35,837 bases of DNA from Thermoanaerobaculia bacterium (GTDB lineage Bacteria; Acidobacteriota; Thermoanaerobaculia; Gp7-AA8), in the NCBI GenBank assembly GCA_038230775.1, contig JBBRMQ010000009.1, positions 1-35,837 of the forward strand, in the 5' to 3' direction. The notes under the pieces are model-generated. The model was not told the DNA's origin and did not search any database. It worked only from the letters and a program-made list of their open reading frames with translations. This document shows, piece by piece, positions 10,696 through 19,017 of the stretch (position 1 is its first letter; each line of letters starts with the position of its first letter). The position numbers and the translations under genes were made by a program.

Positions 10696-12194
10696 CGCAG
10701 AAATCGGATCACCTCCGCCAACGACCTGTCGAGCTTCTCCAACCGCTCCTTCTGCGCTTTAGAGACACGGTTGCTATCGAAGTCGGGTTCCAAAATGAAA
10801 AACAGCAGCAGTTTGACGATAGGTGCATCCGCTGCCGAAGAGCGGCCACCCGAAAGGATAGCTTGTCGCGCCTTTACGTTAAGTCGAATGATCCGTTTGT
10901 CTCGATCGATCTCGAAGAAGGAGCCGGCGGTCAGGTGATCCCACTCAAAATGAACTTCGCGCGTGCGACTACGGCGAGGAACGATGACCTCGCGCAGCTT
11001 AGCCCGAAGTTCCTTGGCCAAGCCCCGGCCTGGTATTAATGGAAAGTCGCGTGGGTCACGCTGCGAACCTGATCGGTAAATAGCAGTTGCCGCACTACGG
11101 TAATCGGTAAAGACAGTGCCGTCCGCGGCCTTGGCCTTTCGCAAAGCGTCGGCGAAGCCGACGGGCTCGCGAATCCCTGATTTTTTCACATCAAGACTGA
11201 ACAAGTTATCTAGTGAAGTCGGAAGGTCTATCGCGACACGCGCTAAGGAGAGGTGGGGTTCCGCCGCATCTTTGCCATCGTTCCATCCACCCGCTTGGAT
11301 TAGTCTGTCGTTGCGATAAAAGTAGAGTCCTTGCCGCGCAGCGACCTTTCCGTCGAGCTTATACGAGGCACTCTCTGAATTCGGGGGCCAAACGTGGCTA
11401 TTGAGTTCGAGTCGCTGACCGTTTGGTAAGCTAACTGCGAAAGTTTTCGGATACTCTTCGTGTCCGGTGCCTTCCGCGTCGTACTCGAATGGATTAAGGG
11501 CCAAAACTTCGGTTTGCGAAACGACAGGGCCGCCAGCTTGAGTACGCGCATCGAGTAGCAAGCGAACGCGTTCGTCCTCAATGAACCGGTGAAAAAACAA
11601 ACCCAGATGCCGCCGAAGGCGGTGAAGGAGGTTCTCTGCAATTCCTTTAGCACCACGCTTGCTTTGATGAATCCTGTCCAGATCTGACCAGATCACAACG
11701 GTACCGTGCTGCTCCAATGAAAGGTGCCCGAAATCGCGGTTTAAGTCACGCTCAACGTCAGGCGCTGCGATGATGTCGTTTCTCCACTGATCTCCGATAC
11801 CTTCAACCGTCCAGCGTCGTCCAGCCACTCGCTTTGAGCGGCGTGTAAGGACCGTGAGAGTTTCGCCTTGGCTGAGGGACGCTAGTTTCAGCCCCATTCC
11901 GTACTTACCGAGTGATTCCGGATCTTGTTCCGTCTCAGAACCAAATCGCATCGCCTCTTCCAGCCGGTCTGGCGTCATGCCCTCGCCATTATCAGCAATG
12001 AAAACTCGCTCGAGAGTATCGTCCGACACTTCAAGTCTGATCAGAACGGTATTCGCGTGCGCCGCTAGAGAGTTATCGACTATGTCGGAGATGGCATTTT
12101 CAATAGAGTACCCAATGGCTCGGAGAGGCCGAACAAGCCTGGCCGGGTTTGGCTCGAGTCTAGATGAGCCCGTAATTCGAAAGTCGGAATCCAT
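10692..12194 (-). CDS. GHKL-superfamily ATPase (HATPase_c_3 / MORC-like, MutL-related) defence component
   Basis: Bergerat-fold motifs: N-box DIVDNSLAAHA, G1 box DNGEGM, G2 box GKYGMGLK. 500 aa with a C-terminal extension. Confidence 0.8.
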   Translation of the reverse strand: MDSDFRITGSSRLEPNPARLVRPLRAIGYSIENAISDIVDNSLAAHANTVLIRLEVSDDTLERVFIADNGEGMTPDRLEEAMRFGSETEQDPESLGKYGMGLKLASLSQGETLTVLTRRSKRVAGRRWTVEGIGDQWRNDIIAAPDVERDLNRDFGHLSLEQHGTVVIWSDLDRIHQSKRGAKGIAENLLHRLRRHLGLFFHRFIEDERVRLLLDARTQAGGPVVSQTEVLALNPFEYDAEGTGHEEYPKTFAVSLPNGQRLELNSHVWPPNSESASYKLDGKVAARQGLYFYRNDRLIQAGGWNDGKDAAEPHLSLARVAIDLPTSLDNLFSLDVKKSGIREPVGFADALRKAKAADGTVFTDYRSAATAIYRSGSQRDPRDFPLIPGRGLAKELRAKLREVIVPRRSRTREVHFEWDHLTAGSFFEIDRDKRIIRLNVKARQAILSGGRSSAADAPIVKLLLFFILEPDFDSNRVSKAQKERLEKLDRSLAEVIRFLR

Positions 12195-12226
12195 TCGTTT
12201 CCCTTCGAAGTTGTTTGCTTAACCGG

Positions 12227-12649
12227 TCACAATCTTGTCCCGAACTTTCGCTTGAGACTTATCGCCAGTTGACTTGGCTTGCTAGTTTGACACTCCCACA
12301 CGGTGAACACCGCCCATCCCGCACGCCGAAGAGCGCTTGCATTACGGCGATCCCGCCGAACATTGTCCTCAAACTTCTTTGACCAAAAGGAGATCCTTGA
12401 TTTCGGAACGTATGCCATCGGGCAGCCGATGTGACGATGCCAAAAGCATCCGTTCACAAACACCACCGTCTTGTGTTTGCGTAGAACAATATCAGGACGT
12501 CCGGGAAGTTTGGAGACGTGAACCCGGAACCGAAGACCCAGAGCGTGAAGAACTCTGCGGACGAGTCGTTCCGGGCCCGTGTCTCGGCCGCGGATCTGAC
12601 CCATGTTCCAGCTTCTAAGTTCTCGCGATATCCGATCGACCATTCGCAA
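12227..12649 (-). CDS. vsr: very short patch repair endonuclease (T:G mismatch endonuclease)
   Basis: 140 aa with the Vsr signature FVNGCFWHRH and conserved surrounding residues. It starts 3 nt after the Dcm stop. Confidence 0.9.
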   Translation of the reverse strand: MRMVDRISRELRSWNMGQIRGRDTGPERLVRRVLHALGLRFRVHVSKLPGRPDIVLRKHKTVVFVNGCFWHRHIGCPMAYVPKSRISFWSKKFEDNVRRDRRNASALRRAGWAVFTVWECQTSKPSQLAISLKRKFGTRL

Positions 12650-12652
12650 TTC

Positions 12653-14230
12653 TCAAAGGAGTCTTGCCTCTGACAGACAATCGAAAACAACCGCCGCTAG
12701 GCCGCGTGCGAGTATCGGAGGCACTGCGTTGCCTACTTGCTGGTATTGGGTAGTTCTGGGACCCTCAAAGAAATAGTTATCAGGAAACGTCTGCAGCCGA
12801 GCTGCCTCTCGGACTGTCAGGCTTCTGCACTGCGTTGCATCCGGATGGATGTAGTAGTGCCCGTCCTTGGAAATGTGCGCCGTTACTGTGGTTGATGGTC
12901 TGTTCCAGAGTTGAACGCGAAAACGATCCGCGAAGAGCGACCCTGTCAGCGCTCGGTCGATATTCTTATGTGCCGGCAGAAGGCGTGGCGGAAAGTCAGC
13001 GAGCGTCGGCGACCGAGAGTGACCGTTCGGGCTTGATGCATAGCATGCAGCAAAGAAATAGCGACCGAGGTCGGACTCCAAGTGACCTCGGCCGGCATGA
13101 TTGCAAACTCCCCCGAGGCGCGGATCGACATACCACTCCGCATGACACTTGGGTGCCGGCGAGCAAGGCATGAATTCGTCGCCCGCGGTTAGCTCAGCGA
13201 GCCTGATTTCGGATAGCGCCTGCCCCATCGCAGTGCGCAGATCATCGTCTAGTCGTTGGCTACGCAGCAGCGGCTTGACCTGTCTTTCAACCGCCTCACG
13301 CCAAGAACGAATAGAGTCTGGTGTCCGCGACAACATGCTTCGTATCGGAGGAAGGTCACCAATGACGGCCCGCGTGGGCACTAGAGCGGCGCCTCCGCGG
13401 AGAAACCCAGGCTCCGCGTCAAGATCGCTTCGAACGCCAAAGATCACGACGCGATGCCTACTCTGGGGAATCTCGTGCTGCTCGCACCTGATAATGTAGT
13501 CAGTGGGGTGACTGGCTTCTCGCGATGCCAGTGAGGCCCGCAAAGGTGCAACAAACGAATACAACTTGTATTCGAGATGTTCTGAGCGATTACCGAACGC
13601 TGTTGATGGTCGTCTCAGATCTTGAGTGATCCGTTCGAACATGCTGTAGTCGCTGATGGTTGAGGAGAGTAGGCCCTTCACATTCTCCATCACGAATGCG
13701 GCCGGTTTGTGTTTCGCGATAATTCGAAGATATTCGCGGTAAAGAAAATGTCGCCGGTCCGCCTCGAATTTGGCTCGGTCGATACCTCGCATGCGCGCGC
13801 GCCCAACTAGCGAATAGGCTTGGCACGGCGGACCGCCAATCAGCAACCATTCTCGCGCGTCCCCCAGAGCGGCACGAATACGTCGATCAACGAGCTTCGC
13901 GCTGGCAATCTGCTCGTTTCCCAACTCCGCATGCCAAGCCTCCGATGACGCCTTTTTCCAAGCGTCAGGGCAGGAAGCCGCCAGTTCGTGCGCGGTGATA
14001 TCGCCGCGCAGGTAGTCGTAATAAGCCGATGGAACCTTGGTTGCAGGGAACTGACGAAAAAAACTTCTGAGGCGGAGTGTCCGATGAGCGACCTCGTCCT
14101 TTTCGATCGACAGGACTACTCGAAATGGTTTGTGATCCTTCGCGGAAAAGGCTGAGAAGCCTTCGCCCAAACCTCCAGGACCGGCAAACAAGTCGACAAT
14201 CGGGATGACCGGGCGGGACACAAGTCGCAT
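12653..14230 (-). CDS. dcm: DNA (cytosine-5)-methyltransferase
   Basis: C5-MTase motifs I DLFAGPGG, IV GGPPCQAYS, VI FVMENVKGL and VIII QSRHRVVIFG. 525 aa. Confidence 0.9.
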   Translation of the reverse strand: MRLVSRPVIPIVDLFAGPGGLGEGFSAFSAKDHKPFRVVLSIEKDEVAHRTLRLRSFFRQFPATKVPSAYYDYLRGDITAHELAASCPDAWKKASSEAWHAELGNEQIASAKLVDRRIRAALGDAREWLLIGGPPCQAYSLVGRARMRGIDRAKFEADRRHFLYREYLRIIAKHKPAAFVMENVKGLLSSTISDYSMFERITQDLRRPSTAFGNRSEHLEYKLYSFVAPLRASLASREASHPTDYIIRCEQHEIPQSRHRVVIFGVRSDLDAEPGFLRGGAALVPTRAVIGDLPPIRSMLSRTPDSIRSWREAVERQVKPLLRSQRLDDDLRTAMGQALSEIRLAELTAGDEFMPCSPAPKCHAEWYVDPRLGGVCNHAGRGHLESDLGRYFFAACYASSPNGHSRSPTLADFPPRLLPAHKNIDRALTGSLFADRFRVQLWNRPSTTVTAHISKDGHYYIHPDATQCRSLTVREAARLQTFPDNYFFEGPRTTQYQQVGNAVPPILARGLAAVVFDCLSEARLL

Positions 14231-14267
14231 TTTACTCGGCAGAGTTGTTTTAGGGCAGGATGCGAGA

Positions 14268-14471
14268 ATGAGCTATTGCCGGTTCTTGATCGTGGTGGAA
14301 GACGCAGGCGCGAACTTTTCCGCGTACTCGCCTGACCTTCCCAGCTGCGTCGCCACAGGCGCGACGCGTGAGGCGGCCGAGAAGAACATGATCGCGGCGA
14401 TTCAGCTGCACATCGAAGGACTCAAAGAGGACGGGCTGCCCATTCCTTCGTCCACTGCGACGGCCGAGTAG
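14268..14471 (+). CDS. hicB: HicB-family (UPF0150) type II antitoxin, apparently orphan
   Basis: MSYCRFLIVVEDAGANFSAYSPDLPSCVATGATREAAEKNMIAAIQLHIEGLKEDGLPIP matches the HicB N-terminal RNase-H-like fold consensus. No HicA-like ORF on either side. The longer ORF from 14205 would overlap the dcm start. Confidence 0.7.
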   Translation: MSYCRFLIVVEDAGANFSAYSPDLPSCVATGATREAAEKNMIAAIQLHIEGLKEDGLPIPSSTATAE

Positions 14472-14477
14472 TAGTCG

Positions 14478-14524
14478 TTGCAGGCTAAGCGCTGTTGACC
14501 GGCTGAAGCCGGTCCATCCACGCA
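14478..14524. repeat. diverged REP-like element (core GACCGGCTGAAGCCGGTC at 14497-14514)
   Basis: The same 18-bp perfect palindrome as at 1351-1368 is present here, 7 nt after the hicB stop. Confidence 0.45.
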
Positions 14525-14851
14525 ATCGCGCGCATGTCCTCCCGTCGCGAGCTCGAGATCGTCGGCTCCATCGAGCCGCGCGCATCGCATCTGTCAATGC
14601 TCGAGGCGATCGGCGGCCGCGACACGATCGAAGAGGCATCCTCGGTTGCGTTGGAGCGCGAGCGCCTCTGGCCCGAGTTCGGGATCTGCATTGATCGTGT
14701 GAGTGAACTTCACCCGCAGCACACAAGAGAACGTTCCCCGTCACGTGAAGCATGTGTGCGCAAGCGTACCTATCATTAAGTAGGGAATTGCAGCCTTCCG
14801 CAACTCATTAGTGTAGATCGGGATCAATCCCCAATCCAAAAAGGAGCAGGT

Positions 14852-16774
14852 ATGAAGAGCTGGCGTCTGTCGGTCATGGTGGTGGTGTCTTTGTTTGCAG
14901 TGTCGCTGAGTGCGGAGACGATGCGCGACTGGAGCCTTCGCGAGAATCTCCGGAGCGGAGCGAGCAGCAGCGCGAGGATGAAGATGCGCGCCGTACAGAG
15001 TACCCGCGGCGGACGGATCCGCCCGCAGAGCGTCAGCACCTTCGATGGATTCGTCCATTGTCCCGCCGAGCTCGGAGCGCAGTGCACCGATCCGTTCGGC
15101 TCCATTCCGATGGTGGCGAACACCGCGTTTTATCGCGACGTGCTCGTCGGCGCCCTGACGTTCATATCGAGCGCAACTGATGGCGAAACCTGGAGCGCAA
15201 CCTTCACGAATCCGAAGGGCACCGCGCTGAACTTTCCCGGCTTTACGTTTCACAGCACGTTCAACGGGCAATCGGACTGCTTCGTCAGTCCTTTCCAGTC
15301 ACTGTGCGGGGGCACGAGCATCGAGATCCTCTGGTACACGAACAGTCAATGTGCGGTCACCGGCACCTGGACGGCGCAGTTCACCAATACGACGATCCCG
15401 CCGCAGACATTCGAGCTGAAGCCCCAGATCGATGCGGACCAGTACATCGCGCTCCAGTTGCAGGGGTCGTATCCCAATGCCCCGAGCGGTGTTCCGACGG
15501 CGCCCTACACCTCCGCGCCCAATCCGTACGACGAGACGTGCAGGCGCAACGTCCAGGGCGATCCAACCGTGCGTTATTGCCCGTTGAGCCTGCCGGTACC
15601 GGACGGCTTCGCGCGTTGGAGCATCTCGGCGAAGGGTTGCTACATGACCGACGTGGCGATGATCCTCTCCTATCATCACTTCGCTCTCACTCCTCCCTCT
15701 CTCAACGGCATTCTGGTCGGCATCCGAGATGCCAACGACGGCCCGGTGGGCTTCGACCGATCGGGAGGCGTCAATCCGGAAGCAGCGGCAAACTACGCGC
15801 GGCAGAATGGCGCGAAGATCTCGTATCCCATCCCCGGCACCGCGAGCCTGTCGCAGGACATCTGCACCTACGGCCCTCAACTGGTGCGCGTGCCGAAGAA
15901 CCTGCGCGCGCAGCATTGGGTGACTGCCTATGGGGTGAAGACGGACGGCACCGTTCTGGTGCGTGATCCGGCGAACCGCTTCACCACGCTGCCGAGCGTG
16001 ATTGCCATCCGCCGCTTCTCGGGCGAACAGTTCACCTTCAACGATCAGATCACCGGGATGCGCTTCACTTTCCATTCCCCGGTCGAGATCTTTGTCACCG
16101 ACCCAACCGGAAGGCGCGTGGGCATCGATCCGATTACGCAGACGACCTTCAATGAGATCCCGAACGCGTTCTATGACAACGATGCGGGAGAGATCGACGC
16201 GGAGACCGACACGCCCGATCCGAACCCACGAAAGACGCTGGAGCTCTTCGGCGACGTCGACGGCGACTATCTGCTGACGGTCACCGGCATCGCGACCGGC
16301 GTCTACGATGCGGACATCTACACGATCGATTCCGCCGGCAACATGCCGCGCACGACGATCGACCAGGTTCCCACCTCACTCAATGCGGTGCAGACGTACA
16401 CGTTCCACTTCGAGCACGCCGCCGCCTCGCGCTCCGCACTGAGCGGCGGATTCGACGGCGGTGGACAGCGGCCTAGTGACGTGAACAAGTTCCTGACGTA
16501 CGGCAACCCCGCCTCCAGCTCCACGACTCTCCCGGCGGGGACGACGAGCTTCTCTCTCTCGATCTTCTATGGGAAGGAAATCCTGCCCGCGACGTTCAGC
16601 GCAACGCTGAACGGTGCAAGCATCACCTCGCTATTCCACCCCGCTCCTGGAACGATGCAGATGGTCAATCTGACGCTCGCTCCCGGGCGCAACGTCCTCA
16701 AGCTGTCAACGGACGGCCAGCTCGCAACTCGAGTGGCGACCGACACCGACCGGCTGGTTCTCCAGGTTCCCTGA
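14852..16774 (+). CDS. secreted protein with papain-like (C39-like) cysteine peptidase domain and long beta-rich C-terminal region
   Basis: Signal peptide MKSWRLSVMVVVSLFAVSLSA with a good RBS (AAGGAGCAGGT-ATG). Candidate catalytic Cys in SAKGCYMTDVAMILSYHH, and His/Asp in AQHWVTAYGVKTDGTVLVRDP. Confidence 0.5.
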   Translation: MKSWRLSVMVVVSLFAVSLSAETMRDWSLRENLRSGASSSARMKMRAVQSTRGGRIRPQSVSTFDGFVHCPAELGAQCTDPFGSIPMVANTAFYRDVLVGALTFISSATDGETWSATFTNPKGTALNFPGFTFHSTFNGQSDCFVSPFQSLCGGTSIEILWYTNSQCAVTGTWTAQFTNTTIPPQTFELKPQIDADQYIALQLQGSYPNAPSGVPTAPYTSAPNPYDETCRRNVQGDPTVRYCPLSLPVPDGFARWSISAKGCYMTDVAMILSYHHFALTPPSLNGILVGIRDANDGPVGFDRSGGVNPEAAANYARQNGAKISYPIPGTASLSQDICTYGPQLVRVPKNLRAQHWVTAYGVKTDGTVLVRDPANRFTTLPSVIAIRRFSGEQFTFNDQITGMRFTFHSPVEIFVTDPTGRRVGIDPITQTTFNEIPNAFYDNDAGEIDAETDTPDPNPRKTLELFGDVDGDYLLTVTGIATGVYDADIYTIDSAGNMPRTTIDQVPTSLNAVQTYTFHFEHAAASRSALSGGFDGGGQRPSDVNKFLTYGNPASSSTTLPAGTTSFSLSIFYGKEILPATFSATLNGASITSLFHPAPGTMQMVNLTLAPGRNVLKLSTDGQLATRVATDTDRLVLQVP

Positions 16775-16782
16775 CGTGATCG

Positions 16783-16811
16783 GGGCGCCGGCACCTTCTG
16801 CCGGCGCCCCT
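16783..16811 (+). terminator. GC-rich terminator-like hairpin GGGGCGCCGGC-accttct-GCCGGCGCCCC (no U-tract)
   Basis: Perfect 11-bp stem 9 nt after the stop of the peptidase gene. Confidence 0.45.
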
Positions 16812-16829
16812 CCTCGACGCGCATGAAAT

Positions 16830-17035
16830 CGATCGCTGCTCGGCATGCGAATCGCCGGACGTCACGCGCATCCCCCGCATTCGCATCTTCGTAATCGCCG
16901 CCGTGACGCTGATCGCCACCAGCCTTGCCTTCGGGGCAGCGCGACCTCTTTCCGCTCGTCATCGCGATCATCGCCGGAGCGCTCGTTCTCACGCCCGCCC
17001 GTCGCTGCCGAGCCTGCCGCGAGCGATAATGGGCA
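16830..17035 (+). pseudogene. frameshifted 3'-terminal fragment paralogous to the last ~68 codons of the gene at 21214-21678 (CPAC zinc-ribbon + TM helix)
   Basis: About 80% nucleotide identity to 21480-21680 along its length. It encodes ...IDRCSACESPDVTRIPRIRIFVIAAVTLIA..., then a 1-nt insertion (GGGGC vs GGCC) shifts the frame. The upstream part of the gene is absent. Confidence 0.6.
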
Positions 17036-17038
17036 AGG

Positions 17039-17390
17039 ATGCGCCGAGCTCCGTTCCTCTGGGCCATTGCCACCGCCGCTCTAACGCTCCTCGTGAGCGC
17101 GGCCCCTCCGCGGCCCATCGACGTGGAACTGACGGCCAGGCTGCGCCAGCTCAAGTTTGCAGCGGACGTTCTTTCACAACGGAGCATTTACTCGACTGGA
17201 GGACGCGATTCGCCATCACCTCGATGTGGTGTCGGTTCCGATCGTGCTGAGCGACACGGAGTTCCGGCAGCTCGTCGACTTTGTGCGCAACGGTCTGTTG
17301 GATGATCGCGCGTGGCCGCAGAAGATGCGCCTGCTGATCCCGAAAGAGGTCCCAAGCGGCCGGCCGGTGCTGCGTTTCGAGTTTTAACGC
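17039..17390 (+). pseudogene. remnant of a di-haem cytochrome c peroxidase (CCP/MauG family) gene. The signal peptide is fused out of frame to the C-terminal ...FFHNGAFTRLEDAIRHH... segment.
   Basis: Two short ORFs in different frames: 17039 MRRAPFLWAIATAALTLLVSA (signal peptide) and 17157 MQRTFFHNGAFTRLEDAIRHHLD (conserved CCP C-terminal motif). The haem-binding CxxCH region is missing. Confidence 0.45.
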
Positions 17391-17401
17391 TGACGCTTAC
17401 A

Positions 17402-17495
17402 GTTTATCCCGAGCATAGCGAGGGATCTTCGGTGCATCAGGCTCGATCCTCGTCCGTGCGCCGAAGATCCTTCGCTGCGCTCGGGATAAACTGAA
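17402..17495. repeat. 94-bp element formed by two ~36-bp imperfect inverted repeats (CAGTTTATCCCGAGCATAGCGAGGGATCTTCGGTGCA / GCGCCGAAGATCCTTCGCTGCGCTCGGGATAAACTG) around a 21-bp spacer
   Basis: The arms are reverse complements with about 4 mismatches. It lies between the gene remnant and the stop of the Vgb-like gene, with an A-run on the plus strand after it. Confidence 0.5.
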
Positions 17496-17500
17496 AAAAC

Positions 17501-18865
17501 TCAATGCTTGACGGTGTGCCGCCGGCTCAGGTCATTCGCGATGCGGACCGTGATGATCTTGCTTGTCGAACAGCCATCGCCATCGGTGACTGCAATCGTG
17601 AAGGAATAGGTTCCGACGGCTGGGGCGACACCGCTGTCGATGATCGTGATGGCACCAGTCTGCGCGCTCCACGACGCAGGAAGACCTTGAACGCTCACGT
17701 TTAGCGGGTTTCGTCCGGTGATCGAAAACACCTGGTGGAACGTGCGCTCCACCGTGAAGTCGGATCGGCCGGCAATCGAAGGGGCGATCGCGCATTGCGC
17801 GCCGGCAAGCGACAACGTGTACACCGCTGCCGTTTCCCCAACGGGCAACATGAGGGAACTGGTGAGGTAGACGAGATCACTTCCTCCCGGAGAGAGGGGC
17901 GCAGACACGGTGATATCGAGGTTCTCCTGGCCCGGTGTCGCGATGGACTCGAACAGAGGCGGTGATGATCCGTTGAGCGTGATCCGTCCGACCCGCGAGC
18001 CTGAGGATTGCGTGTACCACAGCGTCCCGTGCGATGTGCCGACGATGCGCGCGGGAGCGGCGCCCTGAGGAAGCGGAAATTCGGTGATCACTCCGGACGG
18101 CGTGACCCTTCCGATCTTGTCGGCTCCCATTTCGGTGAACCAGAGGTTTCCATCAGAGCCGGTCGTGATGCCGAACGGGTTGGCGCCCGACCTCAGAGCG
18201 AATTCGAACATCTCACCGGACGATGTGATGTGCGCGATCTCGTGGTCGAGGACGGTGTACCAGATGCTGTCGTTCGGTCCGACGGTGATCCCGCCAGGCT
18301 GCTCGGGCATCTCGAGTGGATACTCGGTAAAGGAACGGGTGGACGGCGTGAGCTTGCCGATTTTGAAAGCCGCATGCTCCGTAAACCAGACAGTTCCGTC
18401 CGAGGCGAGGGCCAGCGATGAATGGCCGGTGGGGACAAGTTGCGTCGCCTCTTTCGTCGGGATCTCGAAAAACGTGAATTGGCCACTCGCAGTCAGGTGC
18501 CCGATCGAACTGTCGATCGGCGTGCCACCGCGTTTCGCGTGACGGTCGATGAACCAGACGCTGCCGTCAGGATCGGCGGCCAGATCCCAGATAAAGATGG
18601 TTTCGTCGCCGTTCGCGCAGTTGTTGCAGGGAACCGGAAAATTCACGACGTGACCCGCGGGAGTGAAGAAGCCGATCGAGCCAGGCAGATTGCTCTGCTG
18701 CAAGAACCAGACGTTTCCGTTCGAAGCCGCGACGACGACTTGTGGATGAACCTCAGCGTCGAGGATCGGAGTGCTGACCACGAGACCAGGAATCTCTGCG
18801 CGCAGCGCCTCGCCCGAAATCAGAAAGAGAACAAGCAGCGCAACCGGGAAGCGTCTCATGTCCAC
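17501..18865 (-). CDS. secreted Vgb-like (streptogramin-lyase-fold) beta-propeller protein with C-terminal Ig-like domain
   Basis: Signal peptide followed by six or more repeats of the GxxWFTE...KIGRxTPxGxxTEFPLP type. RBS GGAAGGTGG before the ATG. Confidence 0.6.
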   Translation of the reverse strand: MDMRRFPVALLVLFLISGEALRAEIPGLVVSTPILDAEVHPQVVVAASNGNVWFLQQSNLPGSIGFFTPAGHVVNFPVPCNNCANGDETIFIWDLAADPDGSVWFIDRHAKRGGTPIDSSIGHLTASGQFTFFEIPTKEATQLVPTGHSSLALASDGTVWFTEHAAFKIGKLTPSTRSFTEYPLEMPEQPGGITVGPNDSIWYTVLDHEIAHITSSGEMFEFALRSGANPFGITTGSDGNLWFTEMGADKIGRVTPSGVITEFPLPQGAAPARIVGTSHGTLWYTQSSGSRVGRITLNGSSPPLFESIATPGQENLDITVSAPLSPGGSDLVYLTSSLMLPVGETAAVYTLSLAGAQCAIAPSIAGRSDFTVERTFHQVFSITGRNPLNVSVQGLPASWSAQTGAITIIDSGVAPAVGTYSFTIAVTDGDGCSTSKIITVRIANDLSRRHTVKH

Positions 18866-18975
18866 CTTCCGTAAGGAGACACGAGCGTATGTGTACGCGC
18901 GTGTCGCCGATGCGGCGCCGGGAGGATGCTCCGAATCTTGTCCTTCAATTTGTTCTTACGCATGTTCCCTTCATC

Positions 18976-19009
18976 GTGAGGCGCCGGCCGCTTTCCGCCG
19001 GCGCCTCAC
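18976..19009 (-). terminator. GC-rich hairpin GTGAGGCGCCGGC-cgctttcc-GCCGGCGCCTCAC downstream of the SPFH gene
   Basis: Perfect 13-bp stem 9 nt after the SPFH stop. It shares the GGCGCCGGC/GCCGGCGCC core with the hairpin at 16783-16811. Confidence 0.45.
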
Positions 19010-19017
19010 CCGCTTCC

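Noticed and set aside
14205-14850. HicA toxin partner for HicB
   Set aside because: No small ORF with HicA-like composition (basic, GSH motif) was found within 600 bp on either side. The 81-aa ORF at 14534-14779 does not resemble HicA.
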